DNA from: Squalus acanthias
Taxonomy: Eukaryota
Length of the DNA stretch: 64,000 nucleotides
Assembly (NCBI GenBank): GCA_030390025.1
Contig: JASTWF010000331.1
Span: forward strand, 434,001 to 498,000
Direction of reading: 5' to 3'
Shown here: piece after piece, positions 12,257-25,360 of the stretch
Layout of the letters: the number at the start of each line of letters is the position of its first letter
Position numbering within the stretch: position 1 is the first letter of the stretch
Made by a program: the position numbers and the translations under genes
The notes under the pieces: model-generated
What the model saw: the letters and a program-made list of their open reading frames with translations, nothing else
Database searches by the model: none
Told to the model about the DNA's origin: nothing

Positions 12257-13134
12257 TCAGGATAAACGGATATTTAACGCGTTCTTGAACTGCTCTCTGA
12301 ACTTGGCATGAGTCTCCACGTAAATAAATGTGTTTGTGCAGGAACTTAAATTCTGCAGCATATATCCGACTTGTAGAAAAATAATTAATGAATTATTGTA
12401 ATACATGGAATTTGTTTCTGCAACGCTATAATATATGAATTCTGTAACATATGGCAACCACAAAAGGAGGAAGCTGCCGGAAATTGTGCAGAGTAAAATG
12501 ACGGACATCCTTCTGTTCTCCATCTCTGGGTCACTGCCATTCTCTGTCTTTCTCTGACCCCTCAGTCCCTCACGGACCCGACTGGCCACTAAAATGTGTC
12601 TGATTGACAAAGCGTTGAGCAGCAAAATTAAAGCGAATTGGAGCAATGTGGTTAAAATCGTATCAAACCAGTCAAATGCCATCCATTCGGGCTCAGTATA
12701 ATATCTTGCTTTTACAACACAAAACCACGGTACATTGTCGATGTTCTCCTCAGGATCATATATAAAGTACCAAGCAGTACTTTTCAAACTCAGCAGAATG
12801 CAGGTTGTTGCTATAACCACGGCCGCATTTTTCTTGGTGCAATATTTTGTTTTCAGCTTTTGGCAACAAATAGCAACAAAGCGATCAAAGGAGAAAGTGA
12901 CTGTTAACCAGACTGAACTGTCTCTGGATGCACGAGTCAGGACAGCGATAACACTGCATACAGGGGTGATCTTCAGAAAAGATCCTGGGTAAAGATAAGA
13001 ACAGATCCGAAAAAATATGAGCTCGTTGATAATGACCAGTAGATCCGTCACCACCATTCGCAGCAGGTAGCGAGTGATACATTCGGAGAGCCCGCACTTT
13101 GCTCTGGACAGGATCACAATCGCAATCAAGTTAA
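12257..13134 (-). CDS. GPR139/GPR142-like orphan class A GPCR, gene 1, exon 2 (possibly an incipient pseudogene)
   Basis: 7TM motifs 'NLIAIVIL', 'TDLLV', 'FDRFVAICC', 'LLWLPY', 'SCTNTFIY'. The acceptor (TTAGAG) aligns with that of gene 2, so the ORF-track N-terminus 13135-13273 is intronic. A 1-nt deletion at ~12277 truncates the C-tail. Confidence 0.88.
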
Positions 13135-13754
13135 CTCTAAGAGAGAGAAGGGAAATGAGACAGAAAATTACTGATAAGTCTCGACAGGGAATTCTACAAA
13201 CTGTTATTTGAGTGTAGCGACATTCCATGGTTCTCTCCCGAGTCCATAAACATGCACTGTGCGGCAGGGTCATTGCACAGAGATCAGAAGCGACAATCTG
13301 GGAGGATTTGTCCTTGCCATCCCAGAGCCGGTGAGGCTTCCTGTCCCATTCCTAAAGCCTTCTCGAGGCGATGGAGAGGTACTTATATGAAATTCAAAGC
13401 TTCAAACTTTCTGGAAGCATTCCAGGATGGAACTAGGCCTTACTACATGTGATAGCAGAGTTATGTCATTATAATATAAAAATCTACTAATGGTTGGCCA
13501 CTGGATGAACAAAAAACAATCAAATGAAACATAATAAGGGAGAGAGGAGTTCCAGCAGGAATGGCGAGTGTAGGAAAAGCAAGCAGTAAATTAGAAGTGG
13601 GGTTCACTGAATGAAGCAGCGGGGGAGGATGGAGGAAAACTCTCCGGGCTATGACGTCATGATGTCTGGCAGGTGAGATCCCATCCACAGTGAGTTTCAG
13701 AGGAGCATGAGTTTACTGGTCGTTGGACCAGAGCAGGGAGGCTGACATGTGTTG

Positions 13755-13870
13755 AAATATCAAATGTAAACAGAAAATGCTGGAATCACAAAACAGTTCA
13801 GGCATCATCTCAACGTCTGTGGAGAGAGGAATAGAATTAACTTTTTAGGTCCTTTGTCTTTCCTCAGAAT
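13755..13870 (-). mobile_element. Degenerate copy of the Penelope-pLTR-derived short element
   Basis: Reverse complement 'ctgaggaaagacaaaggacctaaaaagttaattctattcctctctccacag...ttccagcattttctgtt' resembles 171-296. Confidence 0.55.
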
Positions 13871-13889
13871 TAAACAAAGGCCTCCTCTA

Positions 13890-15690
13890 CACTGTGGAGA
13901 CCAAACATAGAAGAGGTTATCGCTCCTACCGAGCAGCAACCCCAATTGCCCCATCCTATTCTCGCCCCTGCAATTCCCACCCTCTGTACCTGCCTCTGAA
14001 TAATTTTGCCAACCACCTTCCCGCTCCTAACTTCGATCCCAACTCTGACCCTGTGGACTCTGCCATTCACTCGGCTATCATCGCCCCTCGCCCCATCTCC
14101 CTCCAAAATATACGTTCACTTGTGAATAAAGCCCTTGCCATCAACGAGCTTAATGTGGACGAGCACATTGATATCATGAACTTGACGGAGACATGGCTGA
14201 GGGGTGAGGACACCTTTCCCCTTAATGAAGCTTCACCGCCTGTCTATAACTGTCACCGCTTGCCCCGCTGAAAGCGTCGCGGTGGTGCTGTAGCCCTTAT
14301 CTCTAACGCACAATGTTGTGTGTCTCTTGAATACTCTGGCATCTTTTTCTCCTCAGAGCTACTTCTCTGCGTTCCTCCCTCAGCCTCTGCACTGGGGGTC
14401 TTGTGATCCACAGTGATTTCAACCTCCATCTCAACTCTTCTTGCTCTCTCTCCTCTGAGTCTACATCCCTCCTTTCGTCCCTAACCCTATCCCTCCGTAT
14501 AATCTCTCCTACTCGCTTGCACGGCCACACTCACCATCTTCTCATATCACATGGCCTCGCTACTCCCATAGTTATTAGCACTAATAAAGCAATCTCTGAT
14601 CATTTCCTTGGATCGCTCTTTAACAATATTCCTCTTACCCCTCCCAATCTCACTTCTTTCTGTGTCTGCCTCAGGAAAAAATATCTCCCTCAAGTCACTT
14701 ACCGCTACACTTTCAGATTCCCAACTATCCAGCCTTTGGACTGTCACTCACCAGGACATTTCTGCGGCAACTGATTTTCTAAATCACACACTCTCCATTA
14801 AAGTTAATGCACTTGTCCTCATTAGAACTATTACTTCTCTTACCGTAATCGTTCCCCCTTGTATACCCCTCACCTCCCATAAGTCCAAGAGATGCAGATT
14901 TGAACATCTTTGGGGAACAATTGGTTTAAATATCCATCACCAGATCTGGCTGGACCACTTAAAGCGTTATCGGGTCCTAATCGTTATCGCAAAAGTTGCT
15001 CACTTTCCAAAGATCATCCAGGACGGCAAAGATAATTAGCAGCTTCTCTTCTCCACCACAAACTGTCTTCATAAACCACCCTCCTTCAGCTCCTTCACCC
15101 GCAACACCAACAAAAAAGTCGGAGGAGTTCATGGACTTTTTTGTGCAATGGCAGAGACCATCCGTTCAGTTACCTTTCCCCCAACCCATCGGGACAAACT
15201 TCCCCACGTTTTCCTCGCTGTCCTAGCATTGAACTCACGTATTTCTCACGAATCAATCCCATCTCCTGCAATGCTCACTCCGATCTCATCTTCTTCCTGT
15301 GACCCACCTTCTGCTACCCCGATCCTATTCCGATCAAATTGTTGACAAGTGACCTTCCCTTCCTGGGTCCCATGTTCGCTGTTATTGTTAACGGTTCCCT
15401 CTCCTTAGGTACTGTCCCCGCCTTCATATCTGCTGTCATCAGCCCTCTCCTCAAAACAACTACGCTTGATCGGAATAGGATCGGGGGAGCAGAGGGTGGT
15501 TCTCAGGAACAAGATGAGTTCGGAGAGAGCATTGCAGGAGATGGGATTGATTCGTGAGAAATACGTGAGTTCAATGCTAGGACAGCGGAGAAAACGTGTC
15601 AATTTCTTTGTCTTATAACTCTCCCGTGAAGCGCCATGGGAAATTTTACTACGTTAAAGGCCCTATATAAATACACGTTATTGTTGTTTT
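13890..15690 (+). mobile_element. L2-like LINE (APE endonuclease region, internal rearrangement, 3' tail)
   Basis: 'LQNIRSLVNK...LTETWL', 'SDFNLH', 'PTRLHGHT', 'ISDHFL' are endonuclease motifs; L2 tail at ~15625-15690. Confidence 0.85.
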
Positions 15691-15694
15691 TATT

Positions 15695-16380
15695 CCAGTC
15701 ACTGAGACATCTTTGGATCAAACATGCCACTTTCCCTTGGATCCGTTGGGCTTTTACTTTTCTGATCAATCTGCCCTGTTGGACCTTGTCAAACGCACTA
15801 CCCCCATCAACCCTCCGTATTACCTCCTCAAAAATTTCAATCTAATTTGTAACAAAAGACCTTACCTTATTAATTCATGCTAACTGTCATTGATTAATCC
15901 GTGCCTTTCTAAATGACGATTACTACTGTCGCTCTGAATTCTTTCCCACAATGTGCACACCACCGAGGTTAGGCTGACTGATTTGTAATTACTCGGTCTA
16001 TCCCTTTCTCTCTTTTTAGCAACGGTACAACGTTAACAGTTAGCAGTCCTCCAGTCCTCCGGCACTGCACTTGTAGCCAGAGAGGATCGATAAATGATGG
16101 TCGGAGCTTCTGCTTTTTCCACCCTTGCTTCTCTTAGCAGTCTGAGAAACATTTGTTCAGTCCTGGCGATTTACCTACTTTGAAAGAGGCTAAACACCTT
16201 AATACTTCCTCTCTCACTATGTTTATATCATTTAATATTTCGCATTCCTTCTCGTTATCTTCAATGTCTGCGTCGTTCCCCTCTTTTTTGAAGACAGACG
16301 CAAAGTATTCATTAAGAACCATACCCACATCTTCCAACTCCACACACAAGCATTTGTTTGGTCTTTAATTGCCCCTGCTC
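15695..16380 (-). mobile_element. CR1-like LINE fragment
   Basis: 'VLNEYFASVF...VREEVLRCLASFKVGKSPG'. Confidence 0.8.
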
Positions 16381-16394
16381 ATTATTTAGTTATC

Positions 16395-16925
16395 CTCTTG
16401 GAAGTTGTGGGGCTGGAGGAGATGACAGAGGTAGGGAGGGGCGAGGCAATGGAGGGATTTGAAAACAAATAAAATAAATTAAAAATCGAGACGTTGCTTA
16501 ATCGGGAGCGAATGTAGCTCAGCGAGCAGAGGAGTGATGGGTGAACGGGACTTGTTGCGAGTTCGGTACAGGGCAGCCGAGTTTTGGATGACCTCAAGTT
16601 TAAGTAGGGCAGATCGTGGAAGGCCAGACAGGAGTGCGTTGGAACAGATAACTCTTGAGTTGACAATGGCATGGATGAGGGTTTCAGCAGCAGGTGAGCT
16701 GAGGCAGGGGCAGAGACGGGCGATGTTACAGACGTGGAAATAGCTGGTCTTAGTTATGCCACGGATATCTGGTCGGAAGCTCACTTCAGGGTCAAATATG
16801 ACACCAAGGTTTTGTACAGTCTGGTTCGGTCTCAGGCAGGGATGCAGTCGCTGGCTAGGGTACGGAGTTTGTGGCGGTGTCGGAAACAATGGCTTCGATC
16901 TTCCCAATATTTAATTGGAGGAAAC
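16395..16925 (-). mobile_element. L2-like LINE RT C-terminal fragment
   Basis: 'VQNLGVIFD...ETLIHAIVNSR..CSNALLSGLP..IQNSAA..ITPLLAELHSLPIKQRLDF'. Confidence 0.85.
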
Positions 16926-17479
16926 AACGAAAGCTTAATTGTTCAAATGATCTATAAATAGACGATCATTATTTGATCGCACAGAGTATCTGCATTATGT
17001 ACCATTCGTGCACCTGATTATTATCTGTCAGTATGTCAGTTTGTTAATGGCGACAGAGTGTAGATGAATATTTTGCGAGTGGTACCCCAGGTTATTACCT
17101 GTTAGTAAACCTGTCTGTTTATCGGGGCACAGAGTATGCGAATACTGGACGAGTGATAATCCCGATGATCACTTGTTGGACGCTCTGTTTCTTTTTTAGT
17201 GACACGCCCTAATAAGGAATAGCCCAATATCAAACCATTTTTATTTTCACTCTACCACATTCATTGATTGAAACATTCACGCTATAGTAGAATATGAAAT
17301 TAAATAAAGAGAGCTCCAGTAATCACAACAATAGAGAGAGATCACTGCAGCTGCGACAGATCAATAAATTGACATTTTATTCCGAAGGTTTGGTTAGAGG
17401 ACAATTCGTCATAAAATACTTCAAATTGAAGAATGAGTCTGTTTCAAAATAGTCAATTCTGTATCTGCTTTTTTTTGCC

Positions 17480-19842
17480 GCAACTCAATCTAATAAAGCA
17501 CTCCAATCTAATACAGTACTTCAATCTAATAGAACAATTCAATCTAAAACAGCACTTCAATCTAATACAGCACTTCAATCTAATACAGTACTTCAATCTA
17601 ATAGAAAACTTCAATCTAAAACAGCACTTCAATCTAATACAGCACTTCAATATAATACAGCATTTCAATCTAATAGAACACTTCAATCTAAAACAGCACT
17701 TCAATCTAATACAGCAGTTCAATATAATACAGCACTTCAATCTAATACAGCACTTCAATAGAATACAGCACTTCAATCTAATACAGCAATTCAATCTAAT
17801 ACAGCACTTCAATCTAATACAGCAATTCAAACTAAAAGAGCACTAAAAACAAATAGAGCACTTCAATCTAATACAGCACTTCAATCTAATACAGCACTTC
17901 AACCTAATACAGCATTTCAATCTAATACAGCAATTCAATCTATTACAGCACTTCAATCTTATACAGCACTTCAATCTAATACAGCACTTCAATCTAATAC
18001 AGCACTTCAATCTAATACAGCAATTCAATCTAATACAGTACTTCAATCTAATACAGCACTTCAATCTGATACAGCACTTCAATCTAATATAGCACTTCAA
18101 TCTTATACAACACTTCAATCTAATACAGCACTTCAATCTAATACAGCACTTCAATCAAATACAGTACTTCAATCTAATACAGCAATTCAATCTAATACAG
18201 CACTTCAGTCTAATACAGAACTTCAATCTAATACAACACGTCAATCTAATACAGCACTTCAATCTAATACAGTACTTCAATTTCTATACAGCACATCAAT
18301 CTAATACAGCACTACAATCTAGTACAGCACTTCAATGTAAAACAGCAATTAAATCTAATACAGCACTTCAATCTAATACAGCACTTCAATCTAATACAGT
18401 ACTTCAATCTCATACAGCACTTCAATCTCATACAGCAATTCAATCTAATACAGTATTTCAATCTAATACAGCACTTCAATCTGATACCGCACTTCAATCT
18501 AATACAGCGCTTCAATCTTATACAGCACTTCAATCTTATACAGCAATTCAATCTAATACAGCAATTCAATTTAATACAGCATTTCAATCTAATACAGCAC
18601 TTCAATCTAATACAGCACTTCAATCTAATACAGCAATTCAATCTAATACAGTACTTCAATCTAATACAGCACTTCAATCTGATACAGCACTTCAATCTAA
18701 TATAGCACTTCAATCTTATACAACACTTCAATCTAATACAGCACTTCAATCTAATACAGCACTTCAATCAAATACAGTACTTCAATCTAATACAGCAATT
18801 CAATCTAATACAGCACTTCAGTCTAATACAGCACTTCAATCTAATACAACACTTCAGTCTAATACAGTACTTCAATCTAATACAGCACTTCAATCTCATA
18901 CAGCAATTCAATCTAATACAGTACTTCAATCTAATACAGCACTTCAATCTGATACCGCACTTCAATCTAATACAGCGCTTCAATCTTATACAGCACTTCA
19001 ATCTTATACAGCAATTCAATCTAAAATAGCAATTCAATCTAATACAGCAATTCAATCTAATACAGCACTTCAATCTAGTACAGCACTTCAATATAAAACA
19101 GCAATTCAATCTAATACAGCAATTCAATTTAATACAGCATTTCAATCTAATACAGCACTTCAATCTATTACAGCAATTCAATCTAATACAACACTTCAAT
19201 CTAATACAGCACTTCAATCTAATACAGCACTTCAATCTAATACAGTACTTCAATCTAATACAGCAATTCAATCTAATACAGCACTTCAATCTAATACAGC
19301 AATTCAATCTAATACAGTACTTCAATCTAATACAGCACTTCAATCTAATACAGCACTTCATTCTAAAGCAGCAATTCAATCTAATACAGCAATTCAATCT
19401 AATACAGTACTTCAATCTTATACAGCACTTCAATCTAATACAGCAATTCAATCTAATACAGTACTTCAATCTAATACAGCACTTCAATCTGAAACCGCAC
19501 TTCAATCTAATAAGCGCTTCAATCTTATACAGCACTTCAATCTTATACAGCAATTCAATCTAAAAGAGCAATTCAATCTAATACAGCAATTCAATCTAAT
19601 ACAGCACTTCAATCTGATACCGCACTTCAATCTAATACAGCGCTTCAATCTTATACAGCACTTCAATCTTATACAGCAATTCAATCTAATACAGCAATTC
19701 AATCTAATACAGCACTTCAATCTTATACAGCACTTCAATCTTATACAGCAATTCAATCTAATACAGCAATTCAATCTAATACAGCAATTCAATCTAATAC
19801 AGCACTTCAATCTAATACAGAACTTCAATCTAATACAGCAGG
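17480..19842. repeat. 18-bp satellite subfamily A (AATCTAATACAGCACTTC)n, ~130 copies, in the gene 1 intron
   Basis: Visible 18-nt periodicity; 6-aa periodic pseudo-ORFs. Confidence 0.97.
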
Positions 19843-19915
19843 TCAAACTATTAGCCAAACTTTTTGAGTCCAAAGCAGAGAGACTGACAAAGCTCAATTG
19901 ATTAAAGTCACTCAC

Positions 19916-19982
19916 CTGGAACACCAATGACTGCAAGGATGATGTAATATATGTTTCTGATGCTGTAAAATGTTGCCAACAT
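19916..19982 (-). CDS. GPR139-like GPCR gene 1, exon 1 (MLATFYSIRNIYYIILAVIGVP)
   Basis: 67 nt from ATG (19982) to donor CCAG|GTGAGT; a phase-1 join with exon 2 gives 'IGVPVNLIAIVIL' (TM1); same length as gene 2 exon 1. Confidence 0.9.
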
Positions 19983-20067
19983 TTTCTGTGTGAAGCGATC
20001 TGCCCCTTCGTGCTGCAGGTAACCTCTCTGAATTAATCTTTGAGGCAATACTTTCCCAGAGACTTCC

Positions 20068-20074
20068 ATTTATA
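20068..20074 (-). promoter_or_regulatory. TATA box of GPCR gene 1
   Basis: TATAAAT 92 nt upstream of the ATG, the same spacing as in gene 2; the 5'UTRs align. Confidence 0.75.
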
Positions 20075-20569
20075 CACTGTAGTTTGCCCACTGGGACAGT
20101 TGGGTAAAAACATCGTTTAAATTAGTTCTTGTTGTTGGAACAAATATTTGTTAACCGATTTGAGTCCCTCTTGTAGTGAAAGCCCCAAAGACTTGACAAT
20201 TTTGATAATATTCGGGAACTACTTTAAAAATTAACGCTGCAGTATGTTGTTTATTTTATCAAGATGTGGCTCATCAGTACATCTCACATTGCTTCCGTGA
20301 TGCTCTGCACCATACTGAGTTAATTGAAAATCCAATTTCAAATGTTTTCTTCCTATCTCGTCCCTGGTATGCGGTATTTCTGTTTTGGTTTAACTAAGTT
20401 AATTGGTGCACTTTCATTTTCAGATTAAATTACAGGGTTTGATTCTCTGTTCTTGAGAATTAAACAGTCATTACTGTTCTTACAAGGTTGTGCAATTTCA
20501 CAATAAATAATTATTGTATTCCTCCTATTGGAACACTCTGCAATAATACCCGTACATCTGTATTGCTCA

Positions 20570-20772
20570 AAGAAACACAGCCCATAAATCTAAAACAGCA
20601 CTTCAAACTAATTCAGTGCCTCAAACTAATTTTTCCCTTCAAACTAATTCAGCATCTGAAACTAATGCAGCATCTCAAACAAATGCAGCACATCAATGTA
20701 ATACAGCACCTCAGTATAATTCAGCACATCAAACTAACAAAGCTCCTCAAAACTAATTCAGCACCTCAAACT
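20570..20772. repeat. 18-bp repeat (AAACTAATNCAGCACCTC-like), ~11 degenerate copies
   Basis: Same family as 31245-38810 in the opposite orientation. Confidence 0.85.
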
Positions 20773-20774
20773 TG

Positions 20775-21625
20775 CAAAATGTGTACATAATTGTCAAATA
20801 TATTTCAGCACAGATCAGTGTGAGGTATTGAATTTTGTTAAGAAAAATAAGGAGTTCACATATTACTTGGAAAATAAGAATCTGAAGAGGATATTGTAGC
20901 AACGCGATTAGGGAGTTTAAATGTACAAATCACTTAAAGTAGAGACGCAGGTTAATAAATCATACAATGCAAACCTCGTGCTCGTGTTTATTACTAGAGG
21001 GATGGTATTGAAAAGTAAAGAAGCTATGCGAAACTTGTATCGAACCTTGGTTAGACCACACGCGGAGCATTATGTATACTTCTGTTCGCCATATTCGAAA
21101 AAAATATAGAGGCACTGGAAATGATGAAAAAAAAAGATTTACAAGGATGGTACCAGAAATGCGAGCTTATACCTATCAGGGTAGGAAAAACAGGCTTTGT
21201 CTCTTTACTCTTGAAAAGAGAAGGTTGAGGTGTGACCTAATTGAGGTCTTTAAAATTATGAACGTTTTTGATAGCGTAGATTCAGAGAGAGTGTTTCCAC
21301 TTGTGGGGAAGAGCAAAACTAGAGGCCTTAAATATAAGATAATTACCAAGAAATCAAATCGGGAATTCAGAAGGAGTTACTTTACCAAGCGAGTGTTGAG
21401 AATGTGGAACTCGCTGCAAGAGGGAGTTGTTGAGGAAAATAAAATAGAAGAATTTAAGGGGAGGCTAGATAAGCACCTGAGTGAGAAGCGAGTAGAGGGT
21501 TATGCTGATCGAGTTCGATAAGAAAGAATGGGAGGAGGCTCGAGTGGTCATATAAGCTGGAATGAATTGTTAGGCCAAGTGTCCTCTTTCTGGCTGTATG
21601 TTTCATGCAATTTTATGTGATCGTA
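20775..21625 (+). mobile_element. CR1-like LINE 3' fragment
   Basis: ORF 21072-21521 'EKRRLRCDLIEVFKIM...RMWNSL'. Confidence 0.88.
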
Positions 21626-21749
21626 GAATCATAGATTAATCCTTCACAGAAGTATTTGTGCTCCCAGATGTCTGAACTATTCTGTCCAATTTAGATTCTT
21701 ATTTTCAAAGTAATATATGACCTCCTTAATTTTCTGAACACAATGGAAG

Positions 21750-22690
21750 TGTCAGCCGTGGCTCAGTGGGTAGCACTCTCGGATCTGAGTCAGGAGGTAG
21801 TGGGTTTCACAGTCCCACCCCAGAGACTTGAGCACAGAAATCTAGGCCGGCAGTACAAAGCAAGCGCTGCACTGTCCGAGGTGCCGTCTTTCCGATGAGA
21901 TGTTAAGCTGAGACCCCGTCTGCTCTCTCAGGTGGAAGTAAAAATTCCCATGTCACTATTTTGAAGAGGAGCAGGAGTGTTATCCCCAGTGTTCTGGCCA
22001 ATATGTATCCCTCAATCAACGCGGGAATGGTAGCATAGTGGTTATGTTACTGTTCTAGTAATGCAGAGGCCTGGCCTAATAATCTGGAGACTTGAGTTCA
22101 AATCTCTCTTCATTAGTTGCGGAGTTTCAATTCAGTAAATTAAATAATTCGGGAATATAAAACCGAGTATCATTAATGGTCACCATGAAAGTAGCGGATT
22201 GTCGTAAAAATTCATCTGGTACCTAATGTCCATTGGAGAATGAAATCTGCCGTCCTTATCTGGTCTGGCCTATTTGTGACTCAACACCCACAGCAATGTG
22301 GTTGTCTCTAAACTGCCCCCTGAAATGGCCTAGCAAGACAATCAGTTGTACCAAACCGCAACGACAAAGTCAGCACTGTGTGCGAACCTTCAACAAACGA
22401 CTCCAGCGGTTCATAAGGCAGCTCACCACCACCTTCTCAAGGGCAAATAGGGATGGGCAATAACTACCGGCCTTGCCAGCGACGCCCACTCCCGTGAATG
22501 AATTAAAATACAAAAAAACAGTGTATCTGGGCATTAGCACATTGCTGTCTCTGGGAGCTTGCTGTGAGCAAATCGACTGCTGTATTTCCTACATTACAAC
22601 AGTGACTACACTTCACATGTACTTGATTGGCTGTGAATCGCTTTCGGGCTTCGTGGCAGGCGTTGTAAAAATGAAAATCTTTATTTCTTA
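21750..22690 (+). mobile_element. DeuSINE with nested tRNA-SINE (duplicate of 5597-6535)
   Basis: Same A/B boxes, same nesting junction after 'caatcaa'. Confidence 0.75.
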
Positions 22691-22694
22691 CAGA

Positions 22695-25003
22695 TGGAGA
22701 CCATTCGGCCCCTCGAGGCTACGTCTACTCTTTTGATGAGCCATCCTGTTATTCCCGATCCCTCACTCTTCCCCATATCCCTGTAATTATTCCCCTTCAA
22801 GCTTTTACTCAATTCCCTTTCGAATGCTACAATTGAATCTGTACCAACCACTCTATCAGGCCGTGAATTCCAAATCCTAACCACTCGCCATGTGAAAATG
22901 TTTTAGCTCATGTCGCCTCTGGTTCTTCTGCCAATCACCTTAAATCTGTGCCCTCTGGTTAGTGACCCTTCAAATATTGGAAACTGTTTCTCTTTATTTA
23001 CTCTGTCTAAATCATTAATGATTTTAAACACATCCATCAAATCTCTTTTTATTACTCTCTGCTCAAAGGAGAGTAACCCCAGCTTCTTCAATCTATCCAC
23101 GTAATTGCAATCCCTCACCCCTCGAATCATCATGGTAAATCTCTTCTGTACCCTCTGCAAACGCTTCACGTCCTTATTAAAGAGGGGTGACCAGAATGGG
23201 ACACAATATTCCAGCTGGGGCCGAACTGGAGTTTTTTGTAGGTTTAACATAACTTCCTGAATTTTGTACTCTGTGCCTCTATTTGTAAAGCCCAGGATCC
23301 TGTCTGCTTTATTAACTGCTTTGTTAACCTTTCCTGCCATCTTCAAAATCGTGTGCACAAAATCCCCCTGGTCTCTCTGTTCTTGCATCCAATTTATATT
23401 TGTAATATTTAGCTTGTGCTGTGCTTGCTCATTCTTCCGACCAAAATGTATCACCTCACAACTTTCTGCGTTGAATTTCATCCTCCACGTTCCCGCCCAT
23501 TGCACCAGCCTATCTAATTCCTCTTGAAGTCTATTACCAGCTGTCTCAGTGGTTACTGCACTTCCAAGTTTCGTGTCATCTGCACATTTGCCCGAAAATG
23601 TACCCTTTACCCAAAAGTCCAATCATTAATGTTTATCAAAGTAGCATTAGACTTTGCACGGAACCCCAGGGAACACCACGGTACAACTCACTCCAGTCCA
23701 AAAAAAACACCACAACTCTCTGTTTGTATCTATAAGCCAATTTTATATCCATGCTGCTACTGCCCCATTTATCAAATGGGCTTCAAAGTCCATATAGACA
23801 ATCCAAACTGCTCTGCCCTCATCCACCCTCTTTGTTAATTCAAGTAAACATTCGATCTCGTTAGGCAAACATGATATTCCCTTCAAAAATCAGTGCTTGC
23901 TCTCCGATCTTAGTCCAGACTAATCCAAGTGGATGTTAATTTTCACCCGGATTACTATTTCGAAAAGCTTCCGTACCACCGACATTAAACTGACTGGTCG
24001 GTAATTGCCAGGTTTTTCCTTCTAAGCATTTTTGAACAAGGGTGTAGAATTTGCAATCCTGCCGTCCTCAGCACCACCCTGTAGTTGAGGAGACTTGTAA
24101 TATATTGACCAGAACCTCCGCAATTTCTACCCTTACTTCCCTCAGCATCCTAGATTGCATCCCATCCGGACCGGGTGATGATCCACGTTAATTACCACCA
24201 GCCTTTCTAGAACCTCGTCGATATCTATGTTTTTTTATCACATCCAGTATCCCACCAAACTCCTCGTTTACCATAGCTTTGTCAAAGTCCCCTTCCTTGG
24301 TAAACACCGACAGAATGTATTAATTTACTCCTCAGCCATGCCCTCCGTCTTCACCAATATATCGTCATTTTGGTCTGTAATCGGTCGCACCGCCCCTCTG
24401 ACAAACCTTTTACTGTTAATATGCCTATAGGAGACCTTTGGATTCCTCTTTATGTTAGCGGCTAATCTATTCTCGTACTGTATCTTTGCCCATCTTATCT
24501 CCTTTTTCAACTCCCCTCTGAACTTTCTCTTTTCAGCCTGATTCTCCCTTGTATTATCAAGATGACATATGTCATACGCCCCCTTTTTCTGCTTCATCCT
24601 ACTCTTCAACTCCTTTACCATTCACGGAGCTCTGGCTTTGTTTGCCCTCCATTTCCACCTTGTAGGAATTACCTCGATGGTAACTGAACCATCTCCTCTT
24701 TAACTAACGCCCATTGCTTCATTACATTTTGTCTGCCAATCTTTGACTCCTATTCACCCGGGCCAAATCTCTCCTCAATTCGCTGAAGTTGGCGATCTTT
24801 AAGTTATCTATTTTTACTCTAGAATGTTCCATGTACTTCACCATAACTAATCTAAACCTTACGATACTATGATCACGATTCCCGAGATGCTCCCCCAGTG
24901 TGACATTCTCCACTTGACCCATTTCATTCCCAAAGACTAGATCCAGCAATGCCTTCTTCCTCATTGTGCAGGAAGCAAACTGATCTAGAAAGTTCTCCTG
25001 AAC
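22695..25003 (-). mobile_element. CR1-like LINE ORF2 (endonuclease end through RT and 3' end), degenerate
   Basis: ORFs 24722-24964 (LLDLVF..EHLGNRDHSIVRF), 24325-24621 and 22903-23622 (CADDTKL, RPQLEYCVPFWSP). Confidence 0.9.
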
Positions 25004-25080
25004 TCATAGAAACATAGAAACATAGAAGATAGGAGCAGGAGTAGGCGATTCGGCCCCTCGAGCCTGCTCCACCATTCGAT

Positions 25081-25360
25081 ACAGTGTGTGGGTCACTGTA
25101 CGGAGTTGAACACCTGACCCCGTGCCCATGTATTATTGGGAGTGTCTGTCCCTGTAGAACAGCACTTAGTGTGGGTCATTAACCGGAGAGGAACACCTGT
25201 CCCCAGTGGCCATGTAATACTGGGAGTATCTGTCACTGTAGAACATAACTGAGTGTGGGTCACTATACGGAGTTGAACACCTGACACCCGTGGCCATTTA
25301 TTACTGGGAGTCTCTGTCACTGTTGAATTTTACTGAGTGTGGGTCTCTATACGGAGTGGA
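25081..25360. repeat. Orphan ~3.3 copies of the 84-bp minisatellite
   Basis: Same unit as 39685-42975; preceded by a (CATAGAAA)n CR1/SINE tail at 25005-25080. Confidence 0.85.

Larger units (their letters stand above)
20195..24065 (+). repeat. Segmental duplication copy 2 (upstream region of gene 1)
   Basis: Collinear with 4172-7965. Confidence 0.9.

Noticed and set aside
13135..13273. N-terminal extension of the 338-aa GPCR ORF
   Set aside because: Aligns with the gene 2 intron end (pyrimidine tract); the true exon 1 is at 19982-19916.
13461..13688. Candidate exon 1 for gene 1 ('AFPTLAIPAG')
   Set aside because: No suitable donor; a much better exon with a conserved promoter exists at 19916-19982.
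17433..19936. Cys-rich 'CCIRLK' and 'QHFNLI' ORFs
   Set aside because: Translations of an 18-bp satellite (unit divisible by 3), open on both strands and intronic.
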